Assembly (NCBI GenBank): GCA_030390025.1 | Contig: CM059432.1 | Span: 151,530,001-151,594,000, forward strand | Source of the DNA: Squalus acanthias | Lineage: Eukaryota | DNA: 64,000 nt | Direction: 5' to 3' | Part shown: positions 21,399 to 35,594 of the stretch, one piece after another | Position numbering within the stretch: position 1 is the first letter of the stretch | Layout of the letters: each line of letters starts with the position of its first letter | The notes under the pieces: generated by a model | The model's input: only the letters and a program-made list of their open reading frames with translations | Databases searched by the model: none | What the model was told of the DNA's origin: nothing | Position numbers and translations under genes: made by a program

Positions 21399-22002
21399 AT
21401 CTTCCACATCATTCTCTGGTCAAGAGGACAGACAAGTGACCTGCTCCAGGAATCTCACAATGTTGATGTTTAAACATGGTTGTCCGATATTTTGGAGCAA
21501 GCGACATGATACACATGTTGTAGCCACTGACTCGTACACATTGGATTATGCAAAACTGAGACCCACAATACACAAAAAACCCAAGCCCTGATAGGCAATA
21601 AATTCAAGCTCCTCCCTTCTTGCCACACACAAAAATTGGCTGGCTGCATATGCCTCAGTTATCTTTTTCTATTCAGTTCCTGATCTGATCTACTCTACTG
21701 CCAGCTGCTGTCGTCTTTTTCAATCTAGCTTGGTACAGTCATGATCATCTGCTGTCCTGCACTGTTGCTGGTACCCTGCTGTGATCTCCTCTGCTACCTT
21801 TTCCTCCACCATCACAGCCCAAAATTTGAAAACTTGGAGGTTTAGCCTCTGTGTCAGCTTGGGTGAGATGGTAGCAGTCTTGTGAGTTCAAGACCCATTA
21901 TGGACTTAAGCATATAATCTATGCTGATACTTCAGTACTCAATTGTTAGAGCGTAAACAATCCCACAGCACTATTTAAAGAAGATTATGGAGTTCTCCAA
22001 GG

Positions 22003-25000
22003 GTCAAGGATGTCTCAGAGCGGCTACAGAGCATTTTGGAGGGGGAGGGTGAACAGCCAGTTGTCGTGGTGCATATAGGTACCAACGATATAGGTAAAAA
22101 ACGGGATGAGGTCCAAATAGCAGAATATAGGGAGTTAGGAGGTAAATTAAAAAATAGTACCTCAAAGGTAGTAATCTCAGGATTGCTACCAGTGCCACGT
22201 GCTAGTCAGAGTAGAAATAGAAGGATATTTCAAATGAATACGTGGCTAGAGGAATGGTGCAAGGGGGAGGGATTCAAATTCCTTGGACATTGGAACCGGT
22301 TCAGGGGGAGGTGGGACCAGTACAAACTGGACGGTTTGCACCTGGGCAGGGCTGGGACCGATGTCCTAGGGGGAGTGTTTGCTTGTGCTCTGGGGGAGGG
22401 TTTAAACTAAAATGGCAGGGGGTTGGGAACCTGAGCAGGGAGACAGAGGAAAGGGAAACAAGGATAGAAGCAAAAGACAGGAAGGAGAAAAGCAAAGGTG
22501 ACAGTCAGAGAAATCAAGAGTTTAAATCAAACATGGCCACAGTAAATAATAATTCTAAAAGGTCTAAGAGTGTTAAAAAAAAAAGCCTGAAGGCTTTATG
22601 TCTTAATGCGAGGAGCATTCATAATAAGGTGGATGAATTAGCTGCGCTAATAGAGGTAAACTTATATGATATGATTGGGATTACGGAGACATGGCTCCAG
22701 GGTGACCAAGGCTGGGAATTCAACATTCAGGGGTATTCGATATTCAGGAAAGACAGGCAAAAAGGAAAAGGAGGTGGGGTAGCATTGCTGGTTAAAGAGG
22801 AGATTAACACAATTGTAAGGAAGGATATTAACTCTGATGATGTGGAATCCGTATGGGTAGAACTGAGAAATACCAAGGGGCAGAAAACATTAGTGGGAGT
22901 GGTATACAGACCCCCAAACAGTAATGCAGAGGTTGGGGATGGCATTAAACAGGAAATTAGAGACGCGTGCAATAAGGGCACAGCAGTTATCATCGGTGAC
23001 TTGAATCTACATATAGATTGAGCTAACCAAATTAGTAACAATACTGTGGAGGAGGAATTCCTGGAGTGCATACGGGATGGTTTCCTGGACCAATATGTCG
23101 AGGAACCAACCAGAGACCAGGCCATCGTAGACTGGGTATTATGTAACGAGAAAGGATTAATTAGCAATCTTGTTGTGCGGGGCCCCATGGGGCGGAGCGA
23201 TCATAATATGATCGAATTCTTCATTAAGATGGAGAATGAAATAGTTGACTCAGACACTAGGGTCTTGAATTTAAATAAAGGAAACTACGATGGTATGAGG
23301 CGCGGGTTGGGTAGGATAGATTGGGGAATGTTACTCAAAGGGTTGACGGTGGATAGGCAATGGCAAACATTCAAAGATCGCATGGATGAACTATAGAATT
23401 TGTTCATCCCTGTCTGGCATAAAAATAAAACAAAAAAGGTGACTCAACCATGGCTGACAAGGGAAATCAGGGATAGCATAAGATCCAAGGGGAGGACATA
23501 TAAATTGGCCAGAAAAAGCAGTAAACCTGAGGATTGGGAGCAGTTTAGGATTCAGCAAAGGAGGACAAAGGGATTAATTAAGAGGGGGAAATAGAGTACG
23601 AGCGGAAGCTTGCAGGGAACATAAAAACTGACTGTAAAAGCTTTTATAAATATGTGAAGAGAAAAAGATTGGTGAAGTCAAGCGTAGGTCCCTTGCAGTC
23701 AGAATCAGGGGAATTTATAATGGGGAACAAAGAAATGGCAAACCAATTAAATACATACTTTGGCTCTGTCTTCACAAAGGAGAACACAAATAACCTCCCA
23801 GAGATGTCGGGAAACATAGGGTCTAATGAGAGGGAGGAACTGAATGAAATCAGTATTTGTAGGGAAATGGTGTTAGGGAAATTGACGGCATTAAAGGCCG
23901 ATAAATCCCCAGGGCCTGATAATCTACATCCTAGGGTACTTAAGGAAGTGGCCCTAGAAATATTAGATGCATTGCTGGTCATCTTCCAAAATTCTATAGA
24001 CTCTGGAACAGTTCCCATGGATTGGAGGGTAGCTAAGGTTACCCCACTGTTCAAAAAGGTGGTAAAGAAAAAACGGGGAATTATAGACCGGTAAGCCTGA
24101 CATCGGTTGTGGGGAAAATGCGAGAGTCCATTATAAAAGATGTAATAGCAGAGCACTTGGAAAACAGTGACAGGATTGGACAAAGTCAACATGGATTTAC
24201 AAAAGGTAAATCGTGCTTGACTAATCTACTGGAATTTTTTAAGGATGTAACTGATAGAATAGATAAGGGAGAACCAGTGGATGTGGTGTATTTGGACTTT
24301 CAGAAGGCTTTCGATAAGGTCCCGCATAAGAGATTGGCGTGCAAAGTTAAAGCACATGGGATTGGGGGTAAGGTACTGACTTGGATAGAGAACTGGTTGG
24401 CAGACAGGAAGCAAAGAGTTGGAATAAACGGGTCTTTTTCCGAGTGGCAGGCAGTGACTAGTGGGGTTCCGCAGGGATCGGTCCTAGGACCCCAGCTATT
24501 CACTATATATATTAATGATCTAGACGAGGGAACTAGATGTAATATCTTCAAGTTTGCAGATGACACAAAGCTGGGTGGGCGTGTGTGCTGTGAGGAGGAT
24601 GCTGAGAAACTCCAGTATGATTTAGACAGGTTGGGTGATTGGGCAGAAGCATGGCAGATGCAGTATAATGTGGATAAATGCGAGGTTATCCACTTCGGTG
24701 GCAAAAACAGGAAGGCAGATTATTATCTGAACGGCAATAGATTGGGAGAAGGGGAAGTGCAACAAGACCTGGGTGTCCTTGTGCACCAGTCGCTGAAGGT
24801 AAGCATGCAGGTACAGCAGGCGGTTAAGAAGGCAAATGGTATGTTGGCCTTCGTAGCGAGAGGGTTCGAGTACAGGAACAAGGATGTCTTGCTGCAGCTG
24901 TACAGGGCCTTGGTGAGACCACACCTTGAGTATTGTGTGCAGTTTTGGTCGCTTTATCTGAGGAAGAATGTTCTTGCCATGGAGGGTGTGCAGCGAAGAT

Positions 25001-25484
25001 TCACCAGACTGATACCTGGGATGGCAGGAATGACGTACGAGGAGAGATTGGGTCGATTGGGCTTATACTCGCTGGAGTTTAGAAGAATGAGAGGAGATCT
25101 CATTGAAACTTATAAAATTCTAACAGGGCTAAGCAGACTGGATGCAGGAAAGATGTTCCCGATGGCGGGTGAGTCCAGAACAAGAGGTCATAGTCTAAAG
25201 ATAAGGGGTAAGCCATCTAGGACAGAGATGAGAAGGAATTTCTTCACCCAGAGAGTGGTGAACCTGTGGAATTCTCTACCACAGAAGGCAGTTGAGGCCA
25301 AGTCAGTAAATATATTCAAGAAGGAGTTAGATATATTTCTTAAGGCTAAAGGTATCAAGGGATATGGGGAGAAGGCAGGGACAGGGTACTGAATTTGGAT
25401 GATCAGCCATGATCTCATCGAATGGCGGAGCAGGCTCGAGGGGCCGAATGGCCTACTCCTGCTCCTATCTTCTATGTTTCTATG
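22003..25484 (+). mobile_element. CR1 LINE (partial ORF1, ORF2 with several stops and a frameshift) inserted in a Deu-SINE-like element
   Basis: ORF1 ends LGEGLN* at 22410; ORF2 fragments span 22401-25392; TTCTATG tail; SINE halves on both sides. Confidence 0.95.
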
Positions 25485-26165
25485 ACCCAACTCAATCAAC
25501 ACTACCAAAAAAAACAGATCATCTGGTCATTCATTTGATGTTTGTGGAATCTTGCTATGTGCAAATTGGCTGCCACATTTGCTTACATAACAACAGAGAC
25601 TAGACTTGAAAATGATCCATTGGTCGTAAAGCACTTTGGGATATCCTGGGAATTTGAAAGACTGAATATAAATACAAGTTATTTCTTTCAGCTCAAACCA
25701 TCGTGGTCCTGGACGATAGATAAAGGCAGATTCCTGATTGATCCTAATGGTCTGATCCCTCATTTTCTCTGCTTTCTGTCCCTTATCCATGCTGTGACCA
25801 TCCCTTTAATCTCATGGGCTTTAATTTTGCTAACAAATCTATGATGTGGTACTTTGTCAAACGCCTTTAGAAAGTCCCTGTGCACACCATCAGCCACACT
25901 ACCCTCATCAGCCCTCTCCATTACTTTACCAAAGAACTCGATTGTTGGAGATTTTCCTCTGTGGTTACTGTCGCAACAAAGGGTTGTTCGTCCGGCGACA
26001 ATGATTCGCACACAAGTGGCTTTTATAATAACAAGCTTTATCACATTGACTGGTACGCATCTTCCATTTATATTAAATGACAAGATGAGATGCGAATAAT
26101 ACAACAGGTTCCCAGGCTCCAACAACCTCAAGAGCGCACTCTGACCCAAGAGAACAACACATCCC

Positions 26166-27450
26166 AGCCTGGAAATTCGTTAGCCCCTGAAAACGGGCTA
26201 AGGGCGGGATGCACTAGCAACCCGCGCCCGTTTGGAGGACTGCAGGCAGCATTCAAATTTGTGCTCAGCAGGGGGCCCAAGTTTGTGCGAAGCTAGCTCC
26301 AATTAAAGCAGCCGGCACTACCTAAAGGCAGTCTTCACCTCTTAAAGAGGAAGAGCATTCTGCCTGCAACGGGTGATTGACAATGTACAAGAAAGTGATA
26401 GTGATGACACAACAGGGGAGGTTCTCCGATGCAGCACTGGAGGCCTTGGTCCAGGAAGTCAATTCTAGGAGAGAGGTCCTCTTTCCACAGGAGGCCTGCA
26501 AACAACAGACCAGAGTGCGGTGGGATCAGATAGCCATAGTGGTAAATGTCAGCAGTGTAGCCCCAAGGACCTGGACACAGTGCAGGAAGAAATTTAATGA
26601 CCTCACATGCGTCAGGTCAGTGAATTCATCTTCAAATGCCATATGCCGCCATCTGCACCACTAGCCTCACACAATGCTCAATGCACCACACCCCCATCAC
26701 TCACTTCCAACAATCTCTACCAAACATGACTCATACCTCAGAGTGTCACCTCACCCTCACACACTTAGTGCTGCTGCAAGCCTCACACCCACATCTCACA
26801 GCTTGAACACACTGTCAGCTATTCAACGATGACAGCCACATCACCCAAACACATTGCACCACTCTCACTGACACACTTCCCTTTCTCTTGCAGGAAAAGG
26901 CGGAGCATACCTTAGAACTTAACCAGCGGGGAACATGGATCCCCTGCATAACCTCCCCCATGGAGGAGACGGTGCTGGCCATTCTTGGCAAGGGCATAGC
27001 TGAGCCCGTGACCAGTGGCGGGACTAAAAGAATACAAGATGCCGATATCCTCATACATTACCCCCGTTCTCACATCCCACTTCCCCCTCATCCCACAATC
27101 TCTTCTGATTGACAAGCTGCACATAGTGTAAGCACGCACCTCTTGCTTTCCCCCCATTCCTCACCACAACCCTACCCTTGTGCCTTTCTCATTCCAGACA
27201 CCCAAGAAATCCAGCCTGCCCAGCCAGTGCTTCAACAACAAGAGGGAGAGGAGAGTGAAGAAGAAGTGCTGTCACTCGATTTCATACTCCCAGCCACCAG
27301 CTCAGATACTGACACATCACGTATATTAAAGGATAGATCAGACATGGGATCTGCACGTCGTGAGACACCGGGCACAAATGGCCATATCCATTAAAGTGAA
27401 GGTGCAGAAAATTACAGAATAGCAAGGACAGAAGTAGAAAATCCCAGCCC
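26166..27450 (+). mobile_element. Harbinger-type transposon remnant carrying a decayed Myb/SANT-like DNA-binding protein gene
   Basis: RFSDAALEALVQEV...RWDQIA...RTWTQCRKKFNDL (about 26415-26605) resembles the trihelix domain of Harbinger ORF2/NAIF1-like proteins; TIR-like ends AGCCTGGAAATTC and GAAAATCCCAGCCC; no TSD seen. Confidence 0.7.
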
Positions 27451-30400
27451 TTAATTTTTAACCTGTATCCCATTATTTAAAGACTTCATCATTTGCAAGG
27501 GTTTTGCTGATAGAGATGGATGAAGAAAGACGGGAGGAGACTCGGGTGGAGCATAAATGCCGGCATGGACTGGTTGGGTCGATTGGCCTGTTTCTGTGCT
27601 GTATATCCTATGTAATCCGATGTAAGGACTTATTTTGCCAATTCCCTGCAATTTGAAGTTTCCTCGTTTCCAATGAACACAAGTCCAACTTCCTTAACAT
27701 CTACTTGTAACTTGAACTCCTGATAAATGGAATAATTTTTGTTGCTCAATTCTGTACCCTGCCGAGGGCAATCATATCCTTGCCAACATTAGGTGAGTAG
27801 AACTGCACACACCACTCCAGATGTAAGCTGATCAAAATCTTACGAAACAGTACAACCTCTCTTGTTATATAATCTGCCCCTCTGCTAATGCATCCCAGGA
27901 CCTTCTCTGCTTTTTAAAAAACTAAACCTAATTACTATGTTGCTAGTTTCATAGTTTTGTCCAGTATAATATCTCAATCTCTTTCATCATGAACACTCAG
28001 TAGCACCATTCCATTTAAAAGTACAATCGAATTTCAATGGCTGGCTTCATTTATTTAAAAGGTTAAATTGTTAACTTTCTTTGATTTAATTATTAGTGTT
28101 TTCATTTGATGAGAAAGGAATGGTTTATTGTGTAGATTTGTATGTTTGACACAGTCATGCACGGTGCTCATATCTTCACAGAAATTTAGTATTGCATTTG
28201 TGGCATCCGTTTATCTTTTATGAACTATATAAGTATTGTTAAGTATTTCAGACTTCAACATCAAAGAACTTAAGGAAAGTATCAGTTGTGTAACCTAAGG
28301 GGTTAAAAGCAGGAGTGCGAAAAAGTAGTTCTTCTGAAATCTAGCACTTGGTTAGAATAAAAGACTCTCTGCTAGATAGTTAAACTAAACTGGTACAGAA
28401 AGTTCTGCAATCTGAAACTGAATGAATCCACCATGTGGTGTGTGTGTGGCAATATCTTCCATTTTGAAGAAAGGTTGGTAGCACAACAACAGCAACAATT
28501 TGCATTTACATAGTGTCTTTGACATAGGAAACATCCCAAGACACTTCACACAGCAGATAAGCTTTTGCAGGAAGGTGAGAAGACGTCACAGAAAGCTTGG
28601 TCGAAGATGTATGTTTTGAGATGGGTCGAATGGCCTTCCTGATCCATTGTTATCATGTGAGCTTCTGAAATTATAAAGAATTAAATTGAAGTACAAAACA
28701 TGCAGAAACTGTCGGCAGAAGGAGAAAAAGTCGCAACGTTTGATTAACTTAACAAATTGTTATTAAAAGACAATTTTTTTTTTTTAGAAGTTCTTTCCAA
28801 ATGATTTATGTGTGTAACCACTGGATTAAGAAATTGTAATCCTAAATCAGATGGCCTTGTAACCACAGAATTAAATGAAGCAGCAAGCAGCGGGGAAGAT
28901 GCTTCACACTGTTCTGCTGGCATCTGATACACCAAATCAGTTGTCCAGCCACAGCACCATGAGCCTGGGACTGCACAGCTCAACAGATCACAAGAATTTC
29001 TAACTGTAATAAAGTGAGACAGAAAGTGATTAAATGTTGTCTGAAGAAGGGTCTGGGATGAATATGGGAAGATTAAGTATTGCCACAAATCCCAAGAAAA
29101 TCACAGACTGTGCAACAATCAAGATCCCCTGCAAAAGTCACAATATTGCACCTGATTGTGATGAATTCCCATTTTCATTTTGTTCTCAGGATGTGGGTAA
29201 TGCTGGCACAGGCACATTTATTGCCCATCCCTAGTTGCCCTGAGAAGGTGGTGGTGAACCTTCTCCTTGAAATGCTTGTGCTTCTGGTAAACAATTGTGT
29301 TCCAGCCGAGAAGCTTACTCGTCCACTTCACAGTCAACCATGTACTGTGGGATTTGAATCACATGTCAGGCCAGCCTGGGTAGGAGTGGCAAGTTCTTTC
29401 TCCCAAAGGACATCAGTTAGAAAGATTTTTTTTTTTTACAACAGACCAACATCTTTAATTATCTTTTTTCCTTGGAACCATTATCAGATTTAATGAATTC
29501 AATTTCACAATTTGCCATGGTGCGATTTGAACTCACAACCTCTGGGTTGCTAGGCCAGTACCATAACCAATGCCCTACCATATGGATTTGGGATGTGATT
29601 GGGCAGTAACAAACATTTCCAGAATGCGAATAGCGGAGAGAGGCAATGCCACTCAGGGAGGAGGAACCAGCTGCAGTTACCTAGGATACTATGGAGGATG
29701 TGAAGGGTTAAAGGATTCTCGCCATCATGTCACACAAAATACTTCCTGGGGAGCCGAAGAAATTTGGACTGAATAAAACTGGTGGAGGCTCAGGAGACAC
29801 CTCACTAGAGGTCATACAAGGGTGAGCATGAAGCAGAAACTGAGCGAGCAGGTATCCTCAAGTACAAGAGTTATTGTTTTATCAAACCAGTTCAAAATAT
29901 TCCATTGATAAGGAACCAAATGAGTTCCAACAGACAATTGTACCTTTGCATATCCTAGCAAACTATTAAATGTAGCCCAAAACATTCTATTCACTGGTGT
30001 TCAAAATGTCACTTGCTATTACAATTTTACTGGCCAACCATTTTGAAAGAGTTGGTACAATAATTTAAGATGTGTTACCAATGCCAGACAGTAGATAAAC
30101 TGGGAATGAAACCAAAGTGAGGTTGCAATCCCTATTAATTATTAGCAAATCTCTGAAAAGGTGTGGGTGTAATGAAAGGGTTAATCAGGCTGTCCTGAAG
30201 TTTGCTCATGTTATACTACCATTGATTTCTTTTTATATTTTAGTAACTTTTAGCCATTGCCTGTTAAGCAGGGAAGTTTAAGACAATTTAAAGTACCACT
30301 GGGCTATTGAGCCAGGCTGACCTTAAAGCAATGGTCGGTTTAGTAAACCTAATTAAAAGACATGCCAGTGCATAATGATTCAGTAATTTCAGATAACTTT

Positions 30401-30572
30401 AATTAGTTGATAACAAGTGCAGGAAAACAGTTAGTTCTGCAAAGAAAACATCTGGGTTGACTGTTACGAAATGGTACTGAATCAAAGACAGACTTATAGT
30501 TGCAAGTTTCATTTGGTAGAATAGCAATTATATGTGACGAGTAAAACTATCGATACGGTTAAAAAGAAGAGG

Positions 30573-32101
30573 GATATGTGGAACACTCTTTGTTCCAGTC
30601 CTACACAGGTCCCCTCCCTCACCTCTTTTTCCGGTACATTGATGACTGTATCGGTGCCGTTTCCTGCTCTCGCCCTGAACTAGATAATTTCATTCACTAT
30701 GCTTCCAATTTCCACCCTTCCCTCACCTTCACATGGTCCAGCTCCGACTCTTCCCTTCCCTTCCTCGACTTCTCCGTCTCCATCTCTGGGGATAGGTTAT
30801 TGACCAATATTCACTACAAGCCCACTGACTCCCACAGCTACCTGGACTACACTTCCTCCCACTCCGCCTCCTGTAAGGACTCTATTCCATTCTCCCAGTT
30901 TCTCCGTCTCCGCCGCATCTGCTCTGACGATGCCACCTTCCATACCAGTGCTTCCAACATGTCTTCCTTTTTCCTCAACCGAGGATTCCCCTCTACGGTG
31001 GTTGACACGGCCCTTAAACGTGTCCGTTCTATCTCCCGCACTTCTGCCCTCACCCCTGCCCCTCCCTCCCGGAACCACGATAGAGTTCCCCTTGTCCTCA
31101 CCTTTCACCCCACCAGCCTCCACATTCAATGGATCATCCTCCGCCATTTCCGCCACCTCCAGCGTGATCCCACCACCAAACGCATCTTAACCCTCACCTC
31201 CCCTTTCAGCATTCTGTAGGGACTGCTCCCTCCGCGACACCCTAGTCCACTCCTCTATCGCCCCCAACACCCATTCCCCTTCGCCCGGCACCTTCCCGTG
31301 CAAGTGCAGGAGATGCAACACATGCCCTGATACCTCCCCACTTCCCACTGTCCAGGGCCCCAAACACCCCTTCCAGGTGAAACAGCGATTTTCTTGTACT
31401 TCTTGCAATTTAGTATACTGTATTCGCTGCTCACGATGTGGTCTCCTCTACATTGGGGAGACCAAACGCAGATTGGGTGACCGCTTTGCGGAACACCTCC
31501 ATTCAGTCGGTAAGGGGGACCCCGAGCTTCCGGTCGCCTGTCACTTTAATTCACTGCTCCACTCCCACTCAGACCTCACCATCCTCGGCCTCTTGTATTG
31601 TTCCACGGAGGCTCAGCGTAAGCTTGAGGAACAGCACCTCATCTTTCGATTAGGCACTTTACAGCATTCTGGACTCAACATAGAATTCAACAATTTCAGA
31701 TCATAACATATATATATATTTTTTGTCCACACTTTTGTTCTGTTCTTCTCTCCCACAGGGCAGCTGTCTTCCATTCTGCCAGCGCAATTTACACTTCATC
31801 TAGAGCCATCCTTTGTTTCTTAACCTGTCCCATTACCATCCCCTTTTGCCTTGAATATCTCTTAATGTCTCTCAATGTCGCTTAATTTCTCCTGCCTTCC
31901 AGCCTATCACAGGCCTTCCTTTTTGTTCTTTCATCCCCTCCCCCATTTCCCAGCCACTACACTTGCTTAAAAATCTATTCCATTTCCTGCTTTTTTCCAG
32001 TTCTGACGAAAGGTCATCGACTTGAAACGTTAACTCTGTTTCTCTCTTCACAGATGCTGCCTGACCTGCTGAGTATTTCCAGCATTTTCTGTTTTTATTT
32101 T
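30573..32101 (+). mobile_element. 5'-truncated Penelope-like element (RT C-terminus plus GIY-YIG endonuclease, frameshifted) with hammerhead motif at 31999-32035
   Basis: FRYIDD, PFLD, VYCIRC...LYIGET...RFAEH motifs; 11-bp duplication AAAAGAAGAGG (30562-30572, 32102-32112). Confidence 0.95.
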
Positions 32102-32476
32102 AAAAGAAGAGGAGTTGTACTGGTCTACGGACAAAGAACTTGTTAACACTAAAGTTATTGATAAGGGATAAGTCAATTAAATTTTTCTTATGGAGTTGTA
32201 TTTTAGCTTTCATATAATTATGTAATGCAGAATTGTGTGGATTGTTATGTGGGGGAAGTAAGAGAAACATATAAAAATGGGCTGTTTGTAATGAGTATTT
32301 GGATTTGTTTAGGATATTGAGCTAAGAACTGCAACACTATTGAATCCCATACTAAACCATTATTAGATCTGGTTGTAAGTATTACCTATTAAGTGTATGT
32401 TTATGTACTATTACATGTACTGTATGCTTAATAAATCTGTGATATCTGATATTTAATGTATAAGAACCTTATTGAT

Positions 32477-32719
32477 CCCTGGAGAAGGAGCACACTGTGT
32501 CCGCTGGTGCGCTTGAGGCCTTCCGCAACCAGTGGGCACCGCAGGGACTGGAGTGTGTAGTTGATAGTGAAAATAATATTATGATTTAATTTGATAAGTT
32601 TCCTTTGCCTTTTGTATAATTTGTGTGTTTATTAGTTGTGCCACTCTAAAAAGGGGGGACTTTTGTTTGTTTTTTGTTTGATGACACTGGGTTGCCTCCT
32701 TATCATTTCAATTTAAAAG
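32477..32719 (+). mobile_element. Tx1/L1-like 3' fragment
   Basis: Same ORF C-terminus as 8139-8582; flanked by duplicated AGAACCTTATT. Confidence 0.6.
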
Positions 32720-35111
32720 TGTAGAACCTTATTTATTTGAACATAAATTATAAATAAGAACACCTATCCTCTAACATGGATATACATAAAGCAGGATCTT
32801 TGCCTTTCAAGAGCAACTTAGGGAAAATGCTGGTGGTCTACACATCCAGAAATGTGGATCATGTCCAAATTAACTAAAAAGGAAGGAAGAATTAAATCAG
32901 AATATAGGAAAAGTCAGAAGTAGTGAGCATTGAGAATGACACAAAAGGCAATTCAGGCTAACTAAAATATTATTAGAAGAAGGGATCAAGACCAATACAA
33001 GGACCAATTATTGAAAGGACCAAAATAAATTGTTTCAGTATGTATAAAGTAGGAAATGTGAACATCACATAGTTCCTTTGAAGAAAAAGTTGGAAAGGTG
33101 CATTTGTGTTAAATTAATTCCTTGCATTGGTCTTGATAAATGAAGATTCTGAGCAAATTACTCACCAGTCCCACAGGGTTAGAAAGCCACAACTCTATGT
33201 AAAAGTCAGTGAACATGTGTTGTGAAGAAACTCTAAAGTATAAGCTGTTTAGGGAACCTGATAACCAGGCTTCTCTCCCACACTTACTCTTGCAGGGAAA
33301 TATGGATAAAGTATGGCTCCAGTGTGTTATTTAACGGATGCAATGTTTCTTTTGCTGTCCCTTTTTAGTAGTCTCCGTGTGTCATTCACTATATGCAACC
33401 AAAAGAGTGGATCCTCCCAGACTCCAGTCAACAGTCTCTGAAATTAGCTGGTTGGGAGTTCATGAGTTCACTCTGGGTGACGCAACCTCACATTTTCTCT
33501 TCTCCTGTAAATTAGGGGAACTGCAGATTTTGGAAATTCAATATTTGGGGAACTGAGAACACAAACCTATACCACAATGCACTGGTCACCTTTAAAACCA
33601 GGATTGGGTGCATAAAGGCAAAATTGGCAAACCTCAAGCAGCAATAGAGATTGGGAGATTGTTTTTGCAGATAGGGGAGAGACTTCTGTTAAAAGCAACT
33701 AGTGCTATTTTAATCAATCTTCTTAAAAGAAAACCTCTCTCACTCACTCCACAGAGAGCTAATTGGGTAAATGCACGGTGTGACGTGTGATTGATCATGA
33801 AGGTCCAGGTTTGACCTCTGGTCTGTGTTGAGTTATCCAGAACACTTGCAATATCTACTTGGTCATCAAGGGTGATGTGACAATTAGCCTTAGTGTCCCT
33901 TAGTTGGAGAGGGGAAAAATTAGTCCAAAGTTCCTGCTTCTGATAATGGTCAATGACTCCTGTTGGAATGGATAAGTATGGACACCGTAACCCATTTATG
34001 ACAGTACTGTTGAGGCTGCCGCGAAACACGAATTAAGACTGAATCCATGTGTGGAAAACAAAGGCTTTTTAATACAACTGCCTGGTCCAAAAAGGCTGAA
34101 ACAAACTGCTCCCAGAATTCTCTGGAAAAATCCTGAGGCCCCGCCCACTCCTTTTCTCCTGCCTTAAAGGCAAGGTGCCTTACAGGCAAGGTGCCCGATA
34201 TATTGTCCACGGACGGAAAAGTGGATAATGCCCGTTTAGGTGGCGATCCGTCACAGTACTCCCAATGATGTTTAAAAAAAAATCACAAAATTGACCCAAA
34301 TGAACAGAACAAACATTTTTTAGTAAGCTATAATTATTCATAAATTTTTTCCTAAGGGATCCCGAGGACAAGAACCATTTTAGAAAATTCCTATTTCTAT
34401 TAAAATTGGATTCCATCCCCCACAAGAAGTGCACACTGTTTGCTTTGGCTGTATAAGTTATTTGTCTCCATGAGTGCAAAAAGTGAAAACCGAGTTCAAG
34501 GTATCTTATTGTATAGTCAGGGTGAGAATGACAATGGGGCAGTCATATGTGTGATGTTGATGCTGTCTTTTGTTGTTTATCAGGTGGCGATGCAACATAG
34601 TGCAGACAGAGAGAAGTCAGGACACACAGCTCATGAAGTTATCTACATTGTTTGCTGGGAGCACAGAAAGACTTGGAAAGATTGTTCTGGGACCCATTGA
34701 ACAAATTAAAGAGTTGCCATGGCTTCATACATGTCACAACAACCTTTGTTCAACAAGCAGTGGTTAACTCCACATGAAAACTGTACAGAAAGAGCACAGT
34801 TCCAGGTGCCAAATTCCTGTTCTTGAAGCAGCTCCACAAAGAGCAAAAGCAGTGCTTTGGGTTTCACTGCTGGTGTTCAGTGTGGAGTTATGACTGATAC
34901 AAATGGCAATGCCACGCTGCAGCTGGCCTTTGTGTTCCTGGCATAAACATGGGATCAACTTTTGTGATGTTGGACAGTTGCATTCTGGTACCGTGTATGC
35001 AATCCTGATCAAGTCCACTGTGTATGCAACAGATGGGCTTGCACGTGAGATGTAATAATTATTTGCTGGTAACATGAGACCATCTAGTTATGAATCCTAA
35101 CTAAGAACATA

Positions 35112-35380
35112 CAGGAATCCCGCCCCAACCGCGCTTTTGCCACACGCGGATTTCAAGTATACACGTTTTCCTCTCTGCGACAACTTTTGCCAACCGCGGC
35201 AGTGAATTTTGCGTATACGCGGTTTTTAATTTAGGATTAAGGTAAATAACATGATTTTATTGCTTTTATATTCTTTTTTATTGTGTTATTTGAACATTTA
35301 TACTGTATTTGCCAACCGCGGTTTTACTAACCACGAGGGTTTTCAGGGACGTATCCCCTGCGGTTGGGGTGGGATTACTG
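35112..35380. mobile_element. Tc1/mariner-superfamily (Tigger/pogo-like) MITE
   Basis: TIRs CAGGAATCCCGCCCCAACCGC / GCGGTTGGGGTGGGATTACTG; TA on both sides. Confidence 0.85.
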
Positions 35381-35594
35381 TATATGAGTAACCTTCCCAC
35401 ACCTACCTGCATTCTCATAGGTAGTGTACACTTTTTGTCTATAGAAAGTTTAAGGAATCTATTCAGTTGTGGGAAGAGTGGTGCTCCTACAGGATATAGC
35501 ATGAAGGAGAATGCAGAACTCTCGGAGTGATTAACGGGGGAATTACCCAATCATCTCCATTCTGGCCAGGAATAGTGGTGTGACTATATGTAGC

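Noticed and set aside
9095..25508. Many antisense ORFs overlapping CR1 elements
   Set aside because: Shadow frames of LINE ORFs
33750..34040. Possible old tRNA-derived SINE
   Set aside because: Too degenerate to assign family or boundaries by eye
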